A DNA stretch of 63,187 nt, the filler included, from Lenisia limosa (Eukaryota > Protista > Breviatea): assembly GCA_001655205.1 (NCBI GenBank). It is 8 parts of 8 records of this genome, joined end to end, with 100 filler letters (N's around TTAATTAATTAA, not from the genome) between each part and the next. Parts side by side here need not be neighbours in the genome. Positions count along the whole stretch, not along the records: positions 39,617 to 41,460 come from LPNZ01001027.1; positions 41,561 to 51,777 come from LPNZ01010007.1; 6 more parts are not named here. One strand, written 5' to 3'. The notes under the pieces were generated by a model. The model ran no database searches, had not been told where the DNA came from, and worked only from the letters and a program-made list of their open reading frames with translations. Positions within the stretch are counted from its first letter, which is position 1. The number at the start of each line of letters is the position of its first letter. Positions 39,658 through 50,968 of this stretch are shown piece by piece. Position numbers and translations under genes: made by a program.

Positions 39658-41165
39658 CGTCCCTCAATGCTGGGGGCCTTGTTGTCAATCTAAACCGTGA
39701 AACCGTCGCGTCTCTTTCGAGTTTCTTTGCCCCGGTCACAAACGCTCTCAGGTAACCAACACTAAAATTTGCGAATTTGGTCGAGTCACAAAGAGGGCTT
39801 CACCTACAGAAGTGAGGCCCCACCCACAGTGCATTACAAGTGATTATTTACTTGAGATAGCTCTCCGCTTGAATTTGTATAAATTCCAAGTGATGGGATG
39901 TGGTGCTGCAGAAGCAACTGGCCTGTTTGTTTTGTTGTTATCAACCCTCAGTTGTTGTCAGCCAACGGAGCTTCTTCTTTTTATTTATTTTTATTTATTT
40001 CATAAATTTTCTAATTCTCCCCTCCCCTAATATCCTGGCAGTTCCAGTCCACCCACAGACGAACGAATTGCTAAGCAAAGCCCCAAACAAACCGCCCAGC
40101 CAACTTCCGCCAGGGTTGGACATTGATGATAAGGAGGAGGGTTATCACGGTCATTTTTACAACCTGTCTTTTTTCTTTTCAAGTGTAGCTCATATAATGA
40201 GAAAAAAAAATAAGGTTGTATCTGGCCGAAGTCGTCCACACCACCACGCTTATAAATATTGGATTATAGAATAATTTTATTCACCCAATCATTTGCCTTA
40301 CAACTCTGTGCACACAGCTTTCTGCTCGCCTCATTGTAGCTCAGAATAACCATCACCATAATACTCCAGAGTTCTTTTCTAATCGACATCGTTTCTGCAG
40401 TTCATTTGCTCACATTTTAGTATGACGTCAACGCCGCATCCATTTTAATTCGTCTCAATGAAATTGACTCAATGGAAGTTATCACCGAGGTTTCTCTAGC
40501 TGGAATGGGTGAGGGGTCTAATATTGAGTGAAAGGGGGTTGGCTTTTTTTTTCTTTTTTTTTTTCTTTCCCAAATGTTGTCAGCTAACAGAGTTGATTTT
40601 GTGCTTTTATTTGTTTAATTTGTTTTCCAATTTCTCCCCTCTCCCTCTTTTCCTCATTCCCCCAGCACTTTCAATGCTCGAGACAGAGACTCTTACATCG
40701 ACACATATGAGCTTGGCAGCCCTCTCAGTTAGCGACACCCTTTCCAACGCCGCCATTATTCGCGTGCATGGTGACCAGGTTGGGGAGGAGCTTGATCTGT
40801 AGAGCTTCCATACGGTCAAAAAAGACCGAATTTCTCCATAAATCCTCGATAAATCCACGACAACTATCGATATTTCCCGGTCTTTTTTGGACTGCAGAGA
40901 AGCCATAGTGATCTGAATGAAGGGTAACAAGGTGCTGCGTAGACAGATGGGGATAATGGAATTTTAAAGATTATCAGAACGGAGATTCAACGTTTGTTTT
41001 CAAAAAAAAAATTATCACACTTCCAGGTGGCTTCCTTCCACCATGAGACCTACACAGGAAAAGCAGCCAGGACGTCCGGTCACGACACCTTACTCGAACT
41101 TTGCCTTGGACGGGTGGTCGCGGAGGTCAATGGAGTTTGGCTTGCTCGAATGGCCAATTACGCTA
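39658..41165 (+). CDS. Internal fragment of a VPS13/bridge-like lipid transfer protein (repeating beta-groove type)
   Basis: ASLNAGGLVVNLNRETVASLSSFF; YDVNAASILIRLNE...EVSLAGM|ALSMLETETLTSTHMSLAALSVSD; GHDTLLELCLGRVVAEVNGVWLARMANY. The strand-helix pattern resembles VPS13/ATG2 modules; this is pattern recognition, not a database hit. Confidence 0.55.
39888..40041 (+). mobile_element. Element B, sense copy ending at the 3' splice site
   Basis: GTGATGGGATGTGGTGCTGCAGAAGCAACTGGCC...TCATAAATTTTCTAATTCTCCCCTCCCC..GGCAG|exon at 40042. Confidence 0.75.
40208..40330 (-). mobile_element. Element C, reverse-orientation copy
   Basis: Its reverse complement matches 42450-42573 along the whole length. 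Partial copies at ~16478, ~20520, ~21367, ~22055, ~33830, ~38748 and ~49383. Confidence 0.7.
40800..40907. mobile_element. Family A MITE, subfamily A2 (GGGCTTCC-CTACGGTCC ends)
   Basis: TA|GAGCTTCCATACGGTCAAAAAAGACCG...CGGTCTTTTTTGGACTGCAGAGAAGCC with the same internal core as family A. Confidence 0.7.
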
Positions 41166-41595
41166 GTCAGAGCGTTGATTTATTGGTTAGTGGTTGATTG
41201 TGGTTGATTGTGGGGCTAATGGTGTTTGAATGTCTAACCTAGTCCCCTCCGGCGTTTGAATAACGATAATTGGACAGGTCTATTTGATTGGGTGGTGTTG
41301 GTTAATATCTGTGTATGATTGGGGGTATTTTTTGGAGGTGAGAAGGGGAGATTATTTCGAGGCCGGCGGATGTACAAGGGATTAGCCATATATGAACCAA
41401 GGCAGTTACAAGGTTGTCTATTCTATCTTATTAAGCAAACCATTTCCGGGGGGGGGGGGGNNNNNNNNNNNNNNNNNNNNNNNNNNNNNNNNNNNNNNNN
41501 NNNNTTAATTAATTAANNNNNNNNNNNNNNNNNNNNNNNNNNNNNNNNNNNNNNNNNNNNTAAAACCCAACTCTATTCTCCTCACCGCCCCCCAG

Positions 41596-44500
41596 GACGC
41601 TTACGAGCTGATTGAGATGGTGAAGAAGAAGCGAACTGCGGCAGCGTCAAAACGCACTGTTGAGGAGGTACCCGAGATTGACAGCGAAGGTCCGAAGATG
41701 CTTTATATTGCCGGCTTTGTGATGCTTTATTCATGACCATGTGATAGTCATGTTCATTAACGTTTCTCATATGATATAATTTACATGTATACATATGTAG
41801 TACATCTGTGATGTACAGCATATGTCCCATCGTATGTTCATTTGAAAGCCACTTTCATCTATTGTGCTTTTACAGTTCAATATCTGTTACCAGTGTAATG
41901 GTGTGGACAGTTTCGATCAGTTACAACTTTGTTTTTTGTTTTTTCTCATTGTACTCGATATATATTGTGCTTTTTGACACCTTATTTTTATCACCTTTAA
42001 CTTATAACCCTGCAGCCATCTCCGGCTGGACCGGCTTTGGGCTCTCAGATCCGATTCTGGCTGGCATCCAAGCGTTGCAGTTCAAAACTCCCCTCCCGAT
42101 CCAGGGTATGGGCCTATCATATGATGTGTCGTATTTCATACAGCTATGTGTATCATGGGCATATAATAGTCCTTGGTCAAGATTTTTGAAGGTTTTGATA
42201 AAACCAAGGCTCCTAACAACTAAAAAATCACTATATGACTAGTATGATACTATGCTATGATAGTATTATAATATATATACAATGTATATAATTATGTATA
42301 TGTAGTAGTATATGATATAATTAGGGCCTCTACGGTCCCTAAAAAGACCAAATTTCTCGACAATTCCATGTCGATATTTTGGAAGTCGTCGATATATTAT
42401 TATATTAAATTGTATTATGTGAGGAAAATGAAGGGTCTGGGATGCTGGGGAGGCACGCAGAAAGCTGTGTACACAGAGTTGTAAGGCAAATGATTGGGTG
42501 AATTAATATTATACTACAATCCAATATCTCTATTAGCGTGATGGTATGGACGGCTTCGGCCAGATACAACCTTGTAATATTGTCATTGCAATATTGTCTC
42601 CTGGTATTTCTACTGCTTTTGTCTCTGTTGAAGTGACTGTTCAGCTGCAACGCTTCCCCCTCTGCTCAAGGGCTACGATGTGATGGGTGCTGCTGAAACT
42701 GGGTCCGGAAAGACCCTCGCCTTCTCCATTCCAATCGTCAACTATCTTGCCAACAACCCTGGTTCGCGAGGGGGTTGGTGGGTTGATTTTGAACCCCATT
42801 TTGTCATTATAATATGCGCGAGAATGAATGTACTTTATGTATAATCTAGGGAAACAAAAACCAAATACTGAATCTACAAACAAAATTACCAGAAGGCAGG
42901 GTTATTTTGGGCATGCCGAAAGCTGTGTACACGGATTTGTAATGAATCTGTTAAAAACACACACTCACCATTTCAGCTGATAATGCCTCTATCCGGGCCT
43001 TGATCCTCTCCCCCACCAGAGAGCTGGCTGTGCAGGTATGGGGTTGAAGGGGGCTTACTGAACTGTATTCAGGATATTTATTAAAATTTTCTTCGAAGTT
43101 TTTAAGGAACCAGACTGATAAAGCAAAGTCGGAATATTTTCGATAGTCTTCTTATAGCAGTATTTATCTTGTTTATACAACTAATGCAACAGATTGCCGA
43201 TAACGTGGCACTCATTGCGCGCTATACGCCAATTCGCGTGGTAACTCTTGTTGGAGGTATGCTTCTTGGGGGGGGGGGGGCTGTNNNNNNNNNNNNNNNN
43301 NNNNNNNNNNNNNNNNNNNNNNNNNNNNNNNNNNNNNNNNNNNNNNNNNNNNNNNNNNNNNNNNNNNNNNNNNNNNNNNNNTACTAATTTTCTGCATTTT
43401 GGCACTTGGCTTGCTTTTTTGGGAAAGTTGAGACTTACCGTATTAGGCATGTCGATCGCGAAGCAAGAGCGTCAAATGCTGCACCAGCCTGAAGTGGTGG
43501 TTGCCACCCCAGGTCGCCTCTGGGAGGTCATTGAAAAGGTCCGTGCCGTATACACAGTGACCTTAAGTCTTGACCCATTTTCCTTGGGAAACCGCGTAGC
43601 AAAGCGGTCAAAACTTATTCCGGTCACTGTATATTCTATGCAAGTGTTCTGTCTTATTCTCATATGCATATCATATATCTTTTTCGGACTGTAGGGAATC
43701 CCTAGTGAGATATATTACTGATCTTTTTCATACCTGACTGAAACCCTAGTTACCGTTACTACATGCCGGAAGTCTGACTCTTTAGCTGGGAGACAAAATT
43801 AACTTCGAGTCTCTCCGATTTGTCGCGGTAGATGAAGGTTAGGGGGACCTTTTTGCCTCTGTGTGAATAAAGGGGGACAATGATGAAGTCTATTTTTTCC
43901 CAAGAGATCTAAAATTAACTTTAATAATATTTTTCATCTGTTATAGAGTCGGTTTTTTTTTTTTTTTTCATGATATTNNNNNNNNNNNNNNNNNNNNNNN
44001 NNNNNNNNNNNNNNNNNNNNNNNNNNNNNNNNNNNNNNNNNNNNNNNNNNNNNNTGTTTTGTTTTGTTTTGTTTTGTTTTGTTTCCCCAAATGTTTCATT
44101 CGACCCCCACCCCTTTTCCGTGATTGCCAATTCCTTATCAAAGTTTCTATAATCTACCCTTTTTGTTTCATAAATTTCCAATTTGTGCGCTGGAGTAATG
44201 GGATGCGGTGCTGCAGAAGCGACTAGCCTGGGCTTTTTTTTGTTTTGTTGTTATCAACTCTCTTGTGTTGCTAGCCAACAGAATTGATTTTGGGCTTTAT
44301 TTGTTTCATAAATTTTCCAGCTTCTATTTTGAAAAGAGTTGAGTTTTCTAGGTGATCGTATGGTGGAGTCCGGCCACTTCAAAGAATTCGAGAGCGTCAT
44401 AGACCACCTGGGATTTGAGAAGAAAAAGTGGGGGGGGGGGGGGAANNNNNNNNNNNNNNNNNNNNNNNNNNNNNNNNNNNNNNNNNNNNNNNNNNNNNNN

Positions 44501-47500
44501 NNNNNNNNNNNNNNNNNNNNNNNNNNNNNNNNNNNNNNNNNNNNNNNNNNNNNNNNNNNNNNNNNNNNNNNNNAACTATACATATTTTATCGGTCTGTTT
44601 CAAATCGAAGTGAAGCCCAAGTGAGGGGAGAAGAACAAGTAGCAGTGGTGAGAAGGACGCCACAACCTGGGGGTTGTTCACTTTTCCTTGTCTTTTACTT
44701 TAGATTTTACTGTGTAGGCGTAAGGAAAAGATGACTGAAGTGAAGCCTGAAGACAGTATGAGGGTATTAATGCAATTTATCCCCTTGATGGTAAGTAGAG
44801 CTTCCCCTGCGGTCTGAAAATCGGTCTTTTTTGGGATCGTAGGGAGGCCCTAATCATGGGGTTTATGTTATTGCAAGATAAGACACTGTGCTTGTCCTTT
44901 GGCCAGTTCAATTTGAAATCATATTTCCTTGTCCTGTTTTGGTAAAATTGCAGCTNNNNNNNNNNNNNNNNNNNNNNNNNNNNNNNNNNNNNNNNNNNNN
45001 NNNNNNNNNNNNNNNNNNNNNNNNNNNNNNNNNNNNNNNNNNNNNNNNNNNNNNNNNNNNNGAGTTTTTTTTTTGAGTCAAACACCTGCTAATTTACAGT
45101 TATCTCCGGAAAACGTACATTCAAGGACCTTTACAGCGCCCCCGTGGTTCCTAATGAGGACGGCTCGTTACCTCCAAACATCCAAGTATGGAGTTGATTA
45201 GGGTTGCATACAATTCTTCATATTTACTACCCCCCCCCNNNNNNNNNNNNNNNNNNNNNNNNNNNNNNNNNNNNNNNNNNNNNNNNNNNNNNNNNNNNNN
45301 NNNNNNNNNNNNNNNNNNNNNNNNNNNNNNNNNNNNNNNNNNNTAATTTTTTTCTCTTTCCGCAATAGTAGATTCCTCATCACAAATCTCGCTTTATACA
45401 AGCATTTTGATGCTTTATTGCTTTAAGAGCAAGAATAACGCATTGTCTACATGAAATATAAATCAAGATATTATATAAAATATACATAGGGATACCATAA
45501 CCATACTTCCGAATCGTCACGCTCCTTAGCACCCCCCTGCTTTGGGATCAAAAACAAAACCATTAACTAAAACCTATGCATAGAAATAAATACCTAGGGA
45601 TGCCGTCAGCAAAAATCTCCTGATTCTTTAGGTTTTAGTGTTTTCAGCCACCCTCTCCATCAGTCAGAAGGCAAGACAGCAAAAGGTGGGGGCCTGACAT
45701 GGGAGGTTCACAAGGTGGTGGGCTCTAAAGTGTGAAAACTAAGTGGGGAGGGGGNNNNNNNNNNNNNNNNNNNNNNNNNNNNNNNNNNNNNNNNNNNNNN
45801 NNNNNNNNNNNNNNNNNNNNNNNNNNNNNNNNNNNNNNNNNNNNNNNNNNNNNNNNNNNNNNNNNNNNNNNNNNNNNNNNNNNNNNNNNNNNNNNNNNNN
45901 NNNNNNNNNNNNNNNNNNNNNNNNNNNNNNNNNNNNNNGTAAATTAACTGTATTTAACCAACTTAGGCAAACCGCAAGGTCAAATCACGCACTGCTCTTG
46001 GTTTGTGGGTATTGTCAAAGCTGAGTCTCTGATATAATTCAAAGCAGAACAATATGTAAGTGACAAGTAAGATGAATAAGCTGAGTAGGATAGATTTTTA
46101 AGTTTTGTGTTCACTCCGATCCAGGAAATGGCTGAATTTCTCGATAAATCATCGATGTATTAGATAGGTTGCCGATCTTTTTCGTACCGGAGTGAAACCC
46201 TAATTGTGATACACATCATATGATGGGCTTCTATTAGTTTCAATAATATAATATGTTATGATATGATGTTTGCCTTTCTCTCCCAATTATTGCCCTTTTC
46301 TTCCTATTATTACCCTCTTATTCACTTTTGTTTTAAACCTATCATGTATTCTATACTCAACCACAGAGTTGATTTGCAGGGGTGTTTCTTGGTATTTTCA
46401 GAAAAGCCCTCCGTTTGTCACCCCCTCAGACCAGATTGCGACTCTCTTTAACTTCCAACACAACCCTCTGCTTATTGACATGTCTGTTGACCAGGTCGTC
46501 TCCTCGCAAGTGCATGAGGCCAAGGTGGGCGGTAATGAGGCCAGGGTGGGCGGTATTATGATGTTTTTTTGTTAAATTGAAAGATTGCTGGGAGCACATT
46601 GATGAGTAGACGAGTTCCAGTGGTATTTTGATGGGCGCTATCGCATACTAATATGAGATGAAAGTATTTCTTGGACATACCCCCATCTATTAAAGATTAG
46701 AAATAAAAGTTAAGTTTCCTGGTGTTTACAAGGATGTTAGGACAACAGTAGTACTTTATTAGTGACCGTGATAAGTTTTGACCGATTTTCCTTTGGAAAT
46801 CACATGGTAAATCGGTCAAGACCTCTCTCGGTCACTGTGTGTTGACACATTATATAATTGAGAAATGATAAGGAAACTCAGATTTGACAATACGGTTGGC
46901 ACACTGATAGATATTACTCTGTGTTATAAGGGGGGGTATTATGATTGGGCGCTATCTCACACTATTTCGTTTATATAATATCATATTGTCAATAATAACT
47001 AGGGCTCCATGCAATTAATTTTTTGAGCAAACTAATTGACAAAATTAGAAATTAAAGTGTCTGACAGTTCTCGTTGTAATAGGTCGCACTTCAACTTTTG
47101 AAATTAATTTTTCAATTAATTGCACGGAGCCCTAATAATATCATTCAGGAATATTTCAAAACATTGAACAAACAACATTAGCAAGTAATTTAACTCGAAA
47201 AGATTACAACTATGCAAGAGGACAAAGATGTCCAGTTGCTTTACCTCCTCTCCCGCTACCCTGGAAGGACTGTGGTCTTTGTCAACGCCANNNNNNNNNN
47301 NNNNNNNNNNNNNNNNNNNNNNNNNNNNNNNNNNNNNNNNNNNNNNNNNNNNNNNNNNNNNNNNNNNNNNNNNNNNNNNNNNNNNNNNNNNNNNNNNNNN
47401 NNNNNNNNNNNNNNNNNNNNNNNNNNNNNNNNNNNNNNNNNNNNNNNNNNNNNNNNNNNNNNNNNNNNNNNNNNNNNNNNNNNNNNNNNNNNNNNNNNNN

Positions 47501-50500
47501 NNNNNNNNNNNNNNNNNNNGATGGAGTTGGATGTCCCAGCTTGGCCCCTTCACGCCTCTATGCAGCAGCGCCAACGAATCAAGAACTTCGACAAGTTCCA
47601 AGCTTCTCCAATGGGCGTTTTGGTGGCTACTGATGTGGCTGGTTGGGGNNNNNNNNNNNNNNNNNNNNNNNNNNNNNNNNNNNNNNNNNNNNNNNNNNNN
47701 NNNNNNNNNNNNNNNNNNNNNNNNNNNNNNNNNNNNNNNNNNNNNNNNNNNNNNNNNNNAATTAATTGCATGGAGCCCTAGGACTAAACCCATCATTCCC
47801 CTCAAAGCATTCTTTCATAATTTCCGTTTTTTTTTTGTTGCTGGCATTCCCCTCACCCCCCAGGCCGAGGATTGGACATTCCTGAAGTAGACAACGTCAT
47901 CCACTACCAACTTCCAAGAAGCTCTGAGGTCAGAGTCTGATCTTTTGATCCGTTTCTCTGCGCTCCTTATTCTTATTCGTATCTTCTTTTCCTCGTCATT
48001 CCCTTTTGTTATTTCGCTTATCCCAATCCTTAGTTTTGGTCTTTGTATTTATAAGTAGCAGAATTATCTGATTGGTTAAGAAGACTTACAACTTACAACA
48101 GTCACTCAATCATGTATTACATATGATAGTATTATAAGAGCTTCACTCCAAAAGCGTTTTTGATTATTTGATCTTTTAGATTTACGTTCATCGCGCGGGT
48201 CGTACCGGTCGTGCTCGTAGCGTTAGGGGGAGGGGGGGTAAAATTGGAAATATTGAAACAATAAAAAGCCCAAAATCAACTCTGTTGGCAGGGGGGATAT
48301 CTATCATTGTGTTTCACTTCACTTTGGGTTCCAAAAAGACGGAATTTTCAATACATCCTCGATAAATATCGATATTTTACTGTCTTTTTGGATAAATATT
48401 TTTGATATTTTATTTATAAGTCTCTTTTGGAAGCGAAAGTGCTCCAGAATATCATCTTGTCGTATTTGACAGTGATTATGTAGAGCTTCACTTCGGTTAC
48501 TCAAAAACGGGAGAAATGTCTATATTGAGTATCTATTCAAGAATTCCTTCTTTCATACCATATTAGGAACCACTTACCATATTAGGAAGGTCTTTCCGTC
48601 GTACTCCTTAGCCCCGAAGACGCCGAAAACTACCGCAGGATCATGGCCGCGCTTAACATGACTGAAGATCTCCCCGAATTCCCCGTGGAGCATTCTTATA
48701 TCCCTGCGGTGGCGGAGCGGGTCAGTTTGGCCACTCAAGTTGCCAAGTTGAGGCACCACAAGTCCAAGGTGGGTGGCTGAAACACTTTGTTCATTGAGCT
48801 TCCTTTTCACACCTCATGGCTAACCTATTTATATATTATTATGATATTAATACATATTATACATGTATTATATACTAATGTAAATTTCCCATTGCACCCC
48901 CCCCCCCCCTTNNNNNNNNNNNNNNNNNNNNNNNNNNNNNNNNNNNNNNNNNNNNNNNNNNNNNNNNNNNNNNNNNNNNNNNNNNNNNNNNNNNNNNNNN
49001 NNNNNNNNNNNNNNNNNNNNNNNNNNNNNNNNNNNAGTTGATTTGGGGCTTTTGTTTCATAAATTTTTCAATTTCACCCTCTCCCCCTCCCGCAGGCAGA
49101 GCTGGAGAAGAATTGGTTGGTACGACAGTCACAGGAGGCTGAGCTCGACCTTGACGATGATATGATGCTGGAATTCGAGTGGGGGGAGGGGACCTTCTCT
49201 ACAAAGTGTTCATCAATATTAACATCACTTAGCAACACCTACATACATTATTTAGCACTCTGCCATGAATTAATATTATTATATAATCAGAGTTAAATAA
49301 TGAGTGTAGCAATAATAAAACAAGCAATGTCACAAAATAACAAGAGATCAGTCCTGATTTTTGTAATAATTTATTGCATTATCGGTGTGGTATGGACAGC
49401 TTCGGTCTTAATTTTTGATCTATATATGGCCTTATATTTAACACTACAGGGAGGATCAGACCATGGTGAAGGACAAGAAGAACGAGATTGGACGGTTACA
49501 TGCCGAACTGAGGGAACTTCTTGCTCAACCTCTCCTCACAGTTGGACGCAACAGGTGGGGGGTGATCATTAATATACTGTTTTTTTTTGGGGTCATGTGT
49601 GTGTTGGGGTATTATTTGACTGTTTTCTGTTTGACTTTGTTTTTTGTTCTTGTTCTGAGTGTTATGTGTTATCTTGCTTTTGCTTTAAATACTCTAGAAT
49701 GGTGTTGTTTCAGCTCAGTGTTTAGCCAATAGCATTAATACTCAGCATTATGTAACCAAAACTGGCTTACTGTTTTCTTTTATAAACTTCCATAAAGGCA
49801 ATTATTGCATTATCTAACCGAAATGACTTGTTTTCCTCATCGATAAATCCATGACCGGACACTGTAGATCTTTCATGGTGTCACGTGAGCATCACAAAAC
49901 CGTTGAGAATGACTTAAAGAAGGGCAACTGGTCCCAAAGGATCCGGGCCGGCTCCATGATGGCAGGCAAGACTAGTCAACTTCCGGAGGTGGGAGGGAGG
50001 GGGTTCAATGTGGGAAAGGGGCAAGAGTCAACTCAAAACACTGTAATCCGTACCTTATTGCACCGTCATCGCCATTTCCCTGTTTACGACCAGGTGCGAA
50101 AGGCGCTTGAAGCGCTCCAAACCGCCAAGACGGAGAAGAGCACCAAGGGCATTACCCTCATTGGAGACAAGGCTGATAAACATCGTGAGGCTCAGAAGAA
50201 AATGGCCCAGGACAAGCTGAAGAGAATATCAGAAAGCAAAAAGGCGAAGAGGTTGGGGGGGGGGGGGNNNNNNNNNNNNNNNNNNNNNNNNNNNNNNNNN
50301 NNNNNNNNNNNNNNNNNNNNNNNNNNNNNNNNNNNNNCTTTGGCTTTATTTATTTTTGAAAGACATGATATTTATACAAGAGTGAATCAATTCTTTTCTA
50401 CAGTGTATGATCATCAATGTTCCTTTTGGTGCGTTCTGACCAACTGTTATCGTTATGAACGGCTGTACTCTGGTATTTTAGTTTCTTATGAACCATCTGA

Positions 50501-50761
50501 TACTAAGACATTGCTCTTATTTTTCCTAGGTCAAGAACCTTCCCGGTCACTGTATATCATATCTGTATTATTTCTCTGGTAATCCTTCATCTCATTTCCA
50601 CCTTTTGATTTTGATGGTGTAGATGGAAGGGCAAGGCGAAGAAACGCGAGACTAAGAAGCAAGAGAAAACCAAGGAGAAGAAGTTGGCAGAAGAGAACAA
50701 ACAAGAAAAAACGACGAAAAAAAGAACACCAAAGAAGAAAATGCCGAAGAAAGCTGAGTAG
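41596..50761 (+). CDS. DDX24: DEAD-box RNA helicase, DDX24/MAK5-like (5' end missing)
   Basis: Q motif FKTPLPIQ; I AETGSGKT; Ia [10 protein letters not shown]; Ib VATPGRLW; II VDE|[10 protein letters not shown]; III VFSATL; [15 protein letters not shown]; [10 protein letters not shown]; V TDVA|GRGLDIP; [13 protein letters not shown]. Family-typical tail [14 protein letters not shown] and [10 protein letters not shown]; Lys-rich end; TAG at 50759-50761. Confidence 0.9.
42440..42573 (+). mobile_element. Element C (~130 bp, no TIR, 3' GGC-TTCG-GCC hairpin)
   Basis: ATGCTGGGGAGGCACGCAGAAAGCTGTGTACACAGAGTTGTAAGGCAAATGATTGGGTGAATTAAT...AGCGTGATGGTATGGACGGCTTCGGCCAGATACAACCTT. Confidence 0.7.
43555..43629. 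mobile_element. Family F MITE with Tc1-like CAGTG termini
   Basis: CAGTGACC-TTAAGTCTTGACC...GGTCAAAACTTATTCCGGTCACTG|TA, TIR about 25 bp. Confidence 0.8.
44186..44351 (+). mobile_element. Element B, full-length sense copy just upstream of the 3' splice site
   Basis: GCGCTGGAGTAATGGGATGCGGTGCTGCAGAAGCGACTAGCC...TTTCATAAATTTTCC, then ~30 nt to the AG at 44350-44351. The 3' end of another copy lies directly upstream. Confidence 0.8.
44796..44852. mobile_element. Family A2 MITE, minimal copy
   Basis: TA|GAGCTTCCCCTGCGGTC...GATCGTAGGGAGGCCC|TA. Confidence 0.7.
46109..46202. mobile_element. Family A MITE copy
   Basis: TTCACTCCGATCC...TTTCTCGATAAATC...GTACCGGAGTGAAACCC|TA. Confidence 0.65.
46760..46837. 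mobile_element. Family F MITE copy
   Basis: AGTGACCGTGATAAGTTTTGACCGATTT...AAATCGGTCAAGACCTCTCTCGGTCACTG. Related copies at ~39015-39090, ~50527-50552 and ~52582-52670. Confidence 0.75.
47000..47134. mobile_element. Family G MITE (termini shared with family A)
   Basis: TA|GGGCTCCATGCAATTAATT...AATTAATTGCACGGAGCCC|TA; a second right end lies at 47760-47780. Confidence 0.8.
48222..48290 (-). mobile_element. Element B, antisense copy starting at the 5' splice site of a DDX24 intron
   Basis: exon|GTTAGGGGGAGGGGGGTAAAATTGGAAA...AGCCCAAAATCAACTCTGTTGGC is the reverse complement of the B 3' end. Confidence 0.75.
49037..49095 (+). mobile_element. Element B 3' end at the 3' splice site
   Basis: AGTTGATTTGGGGCTTTTGTTTCATAAATTTTTCAATTTCACCCTCTCCCCCTCCCGCAG|exon at 49096. 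Confidence 0.7.
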
Positions 50762-50968
50762 ATGGTGGCGATGTTGATGAATCTGATTTTTATGTTTTGA
50801 AAGTTTGGGCTGTTCTGCTGTTCTCAGGGCCTCTTACTATCATCCGTGATAGGTCTTCGGCGAGACCTTGTTTTATTTCTCAGCTCTAGACATAGTATGT
50901 AAAAACATGGGCTAGCTCCTTGGATTCGTTTTACTAGAACAAAGAGGGGGGTCTGAGTGCAGAACATA

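Noticed and set aside
21103-44351. Elements A or B as tRNA, tRNA-derived SINE or snoRNA
   Set aside because: GGTTCGAA in A lies within a TIR and lacks the rest of the B box and any cloverleaf. B has only a weak A-box-like TGGAGTGATGG and no proper C/D or H/ACA boxes.
41-49132. Many ORF-track entries that span N runs
   Set aside because: They are open only because NNN is not a stop codon.
13447-50761. Stop-codon reassignment (TAA/TAG read as Gln, or TGA as sense)
   Set aside because: Conserved exons of the helicase, kinase and Cys-rich gene have no in-frame stops, and DDX24 ends at TAG after a typical Lys-rich tail. In-frame stops occur only in decayed segments.
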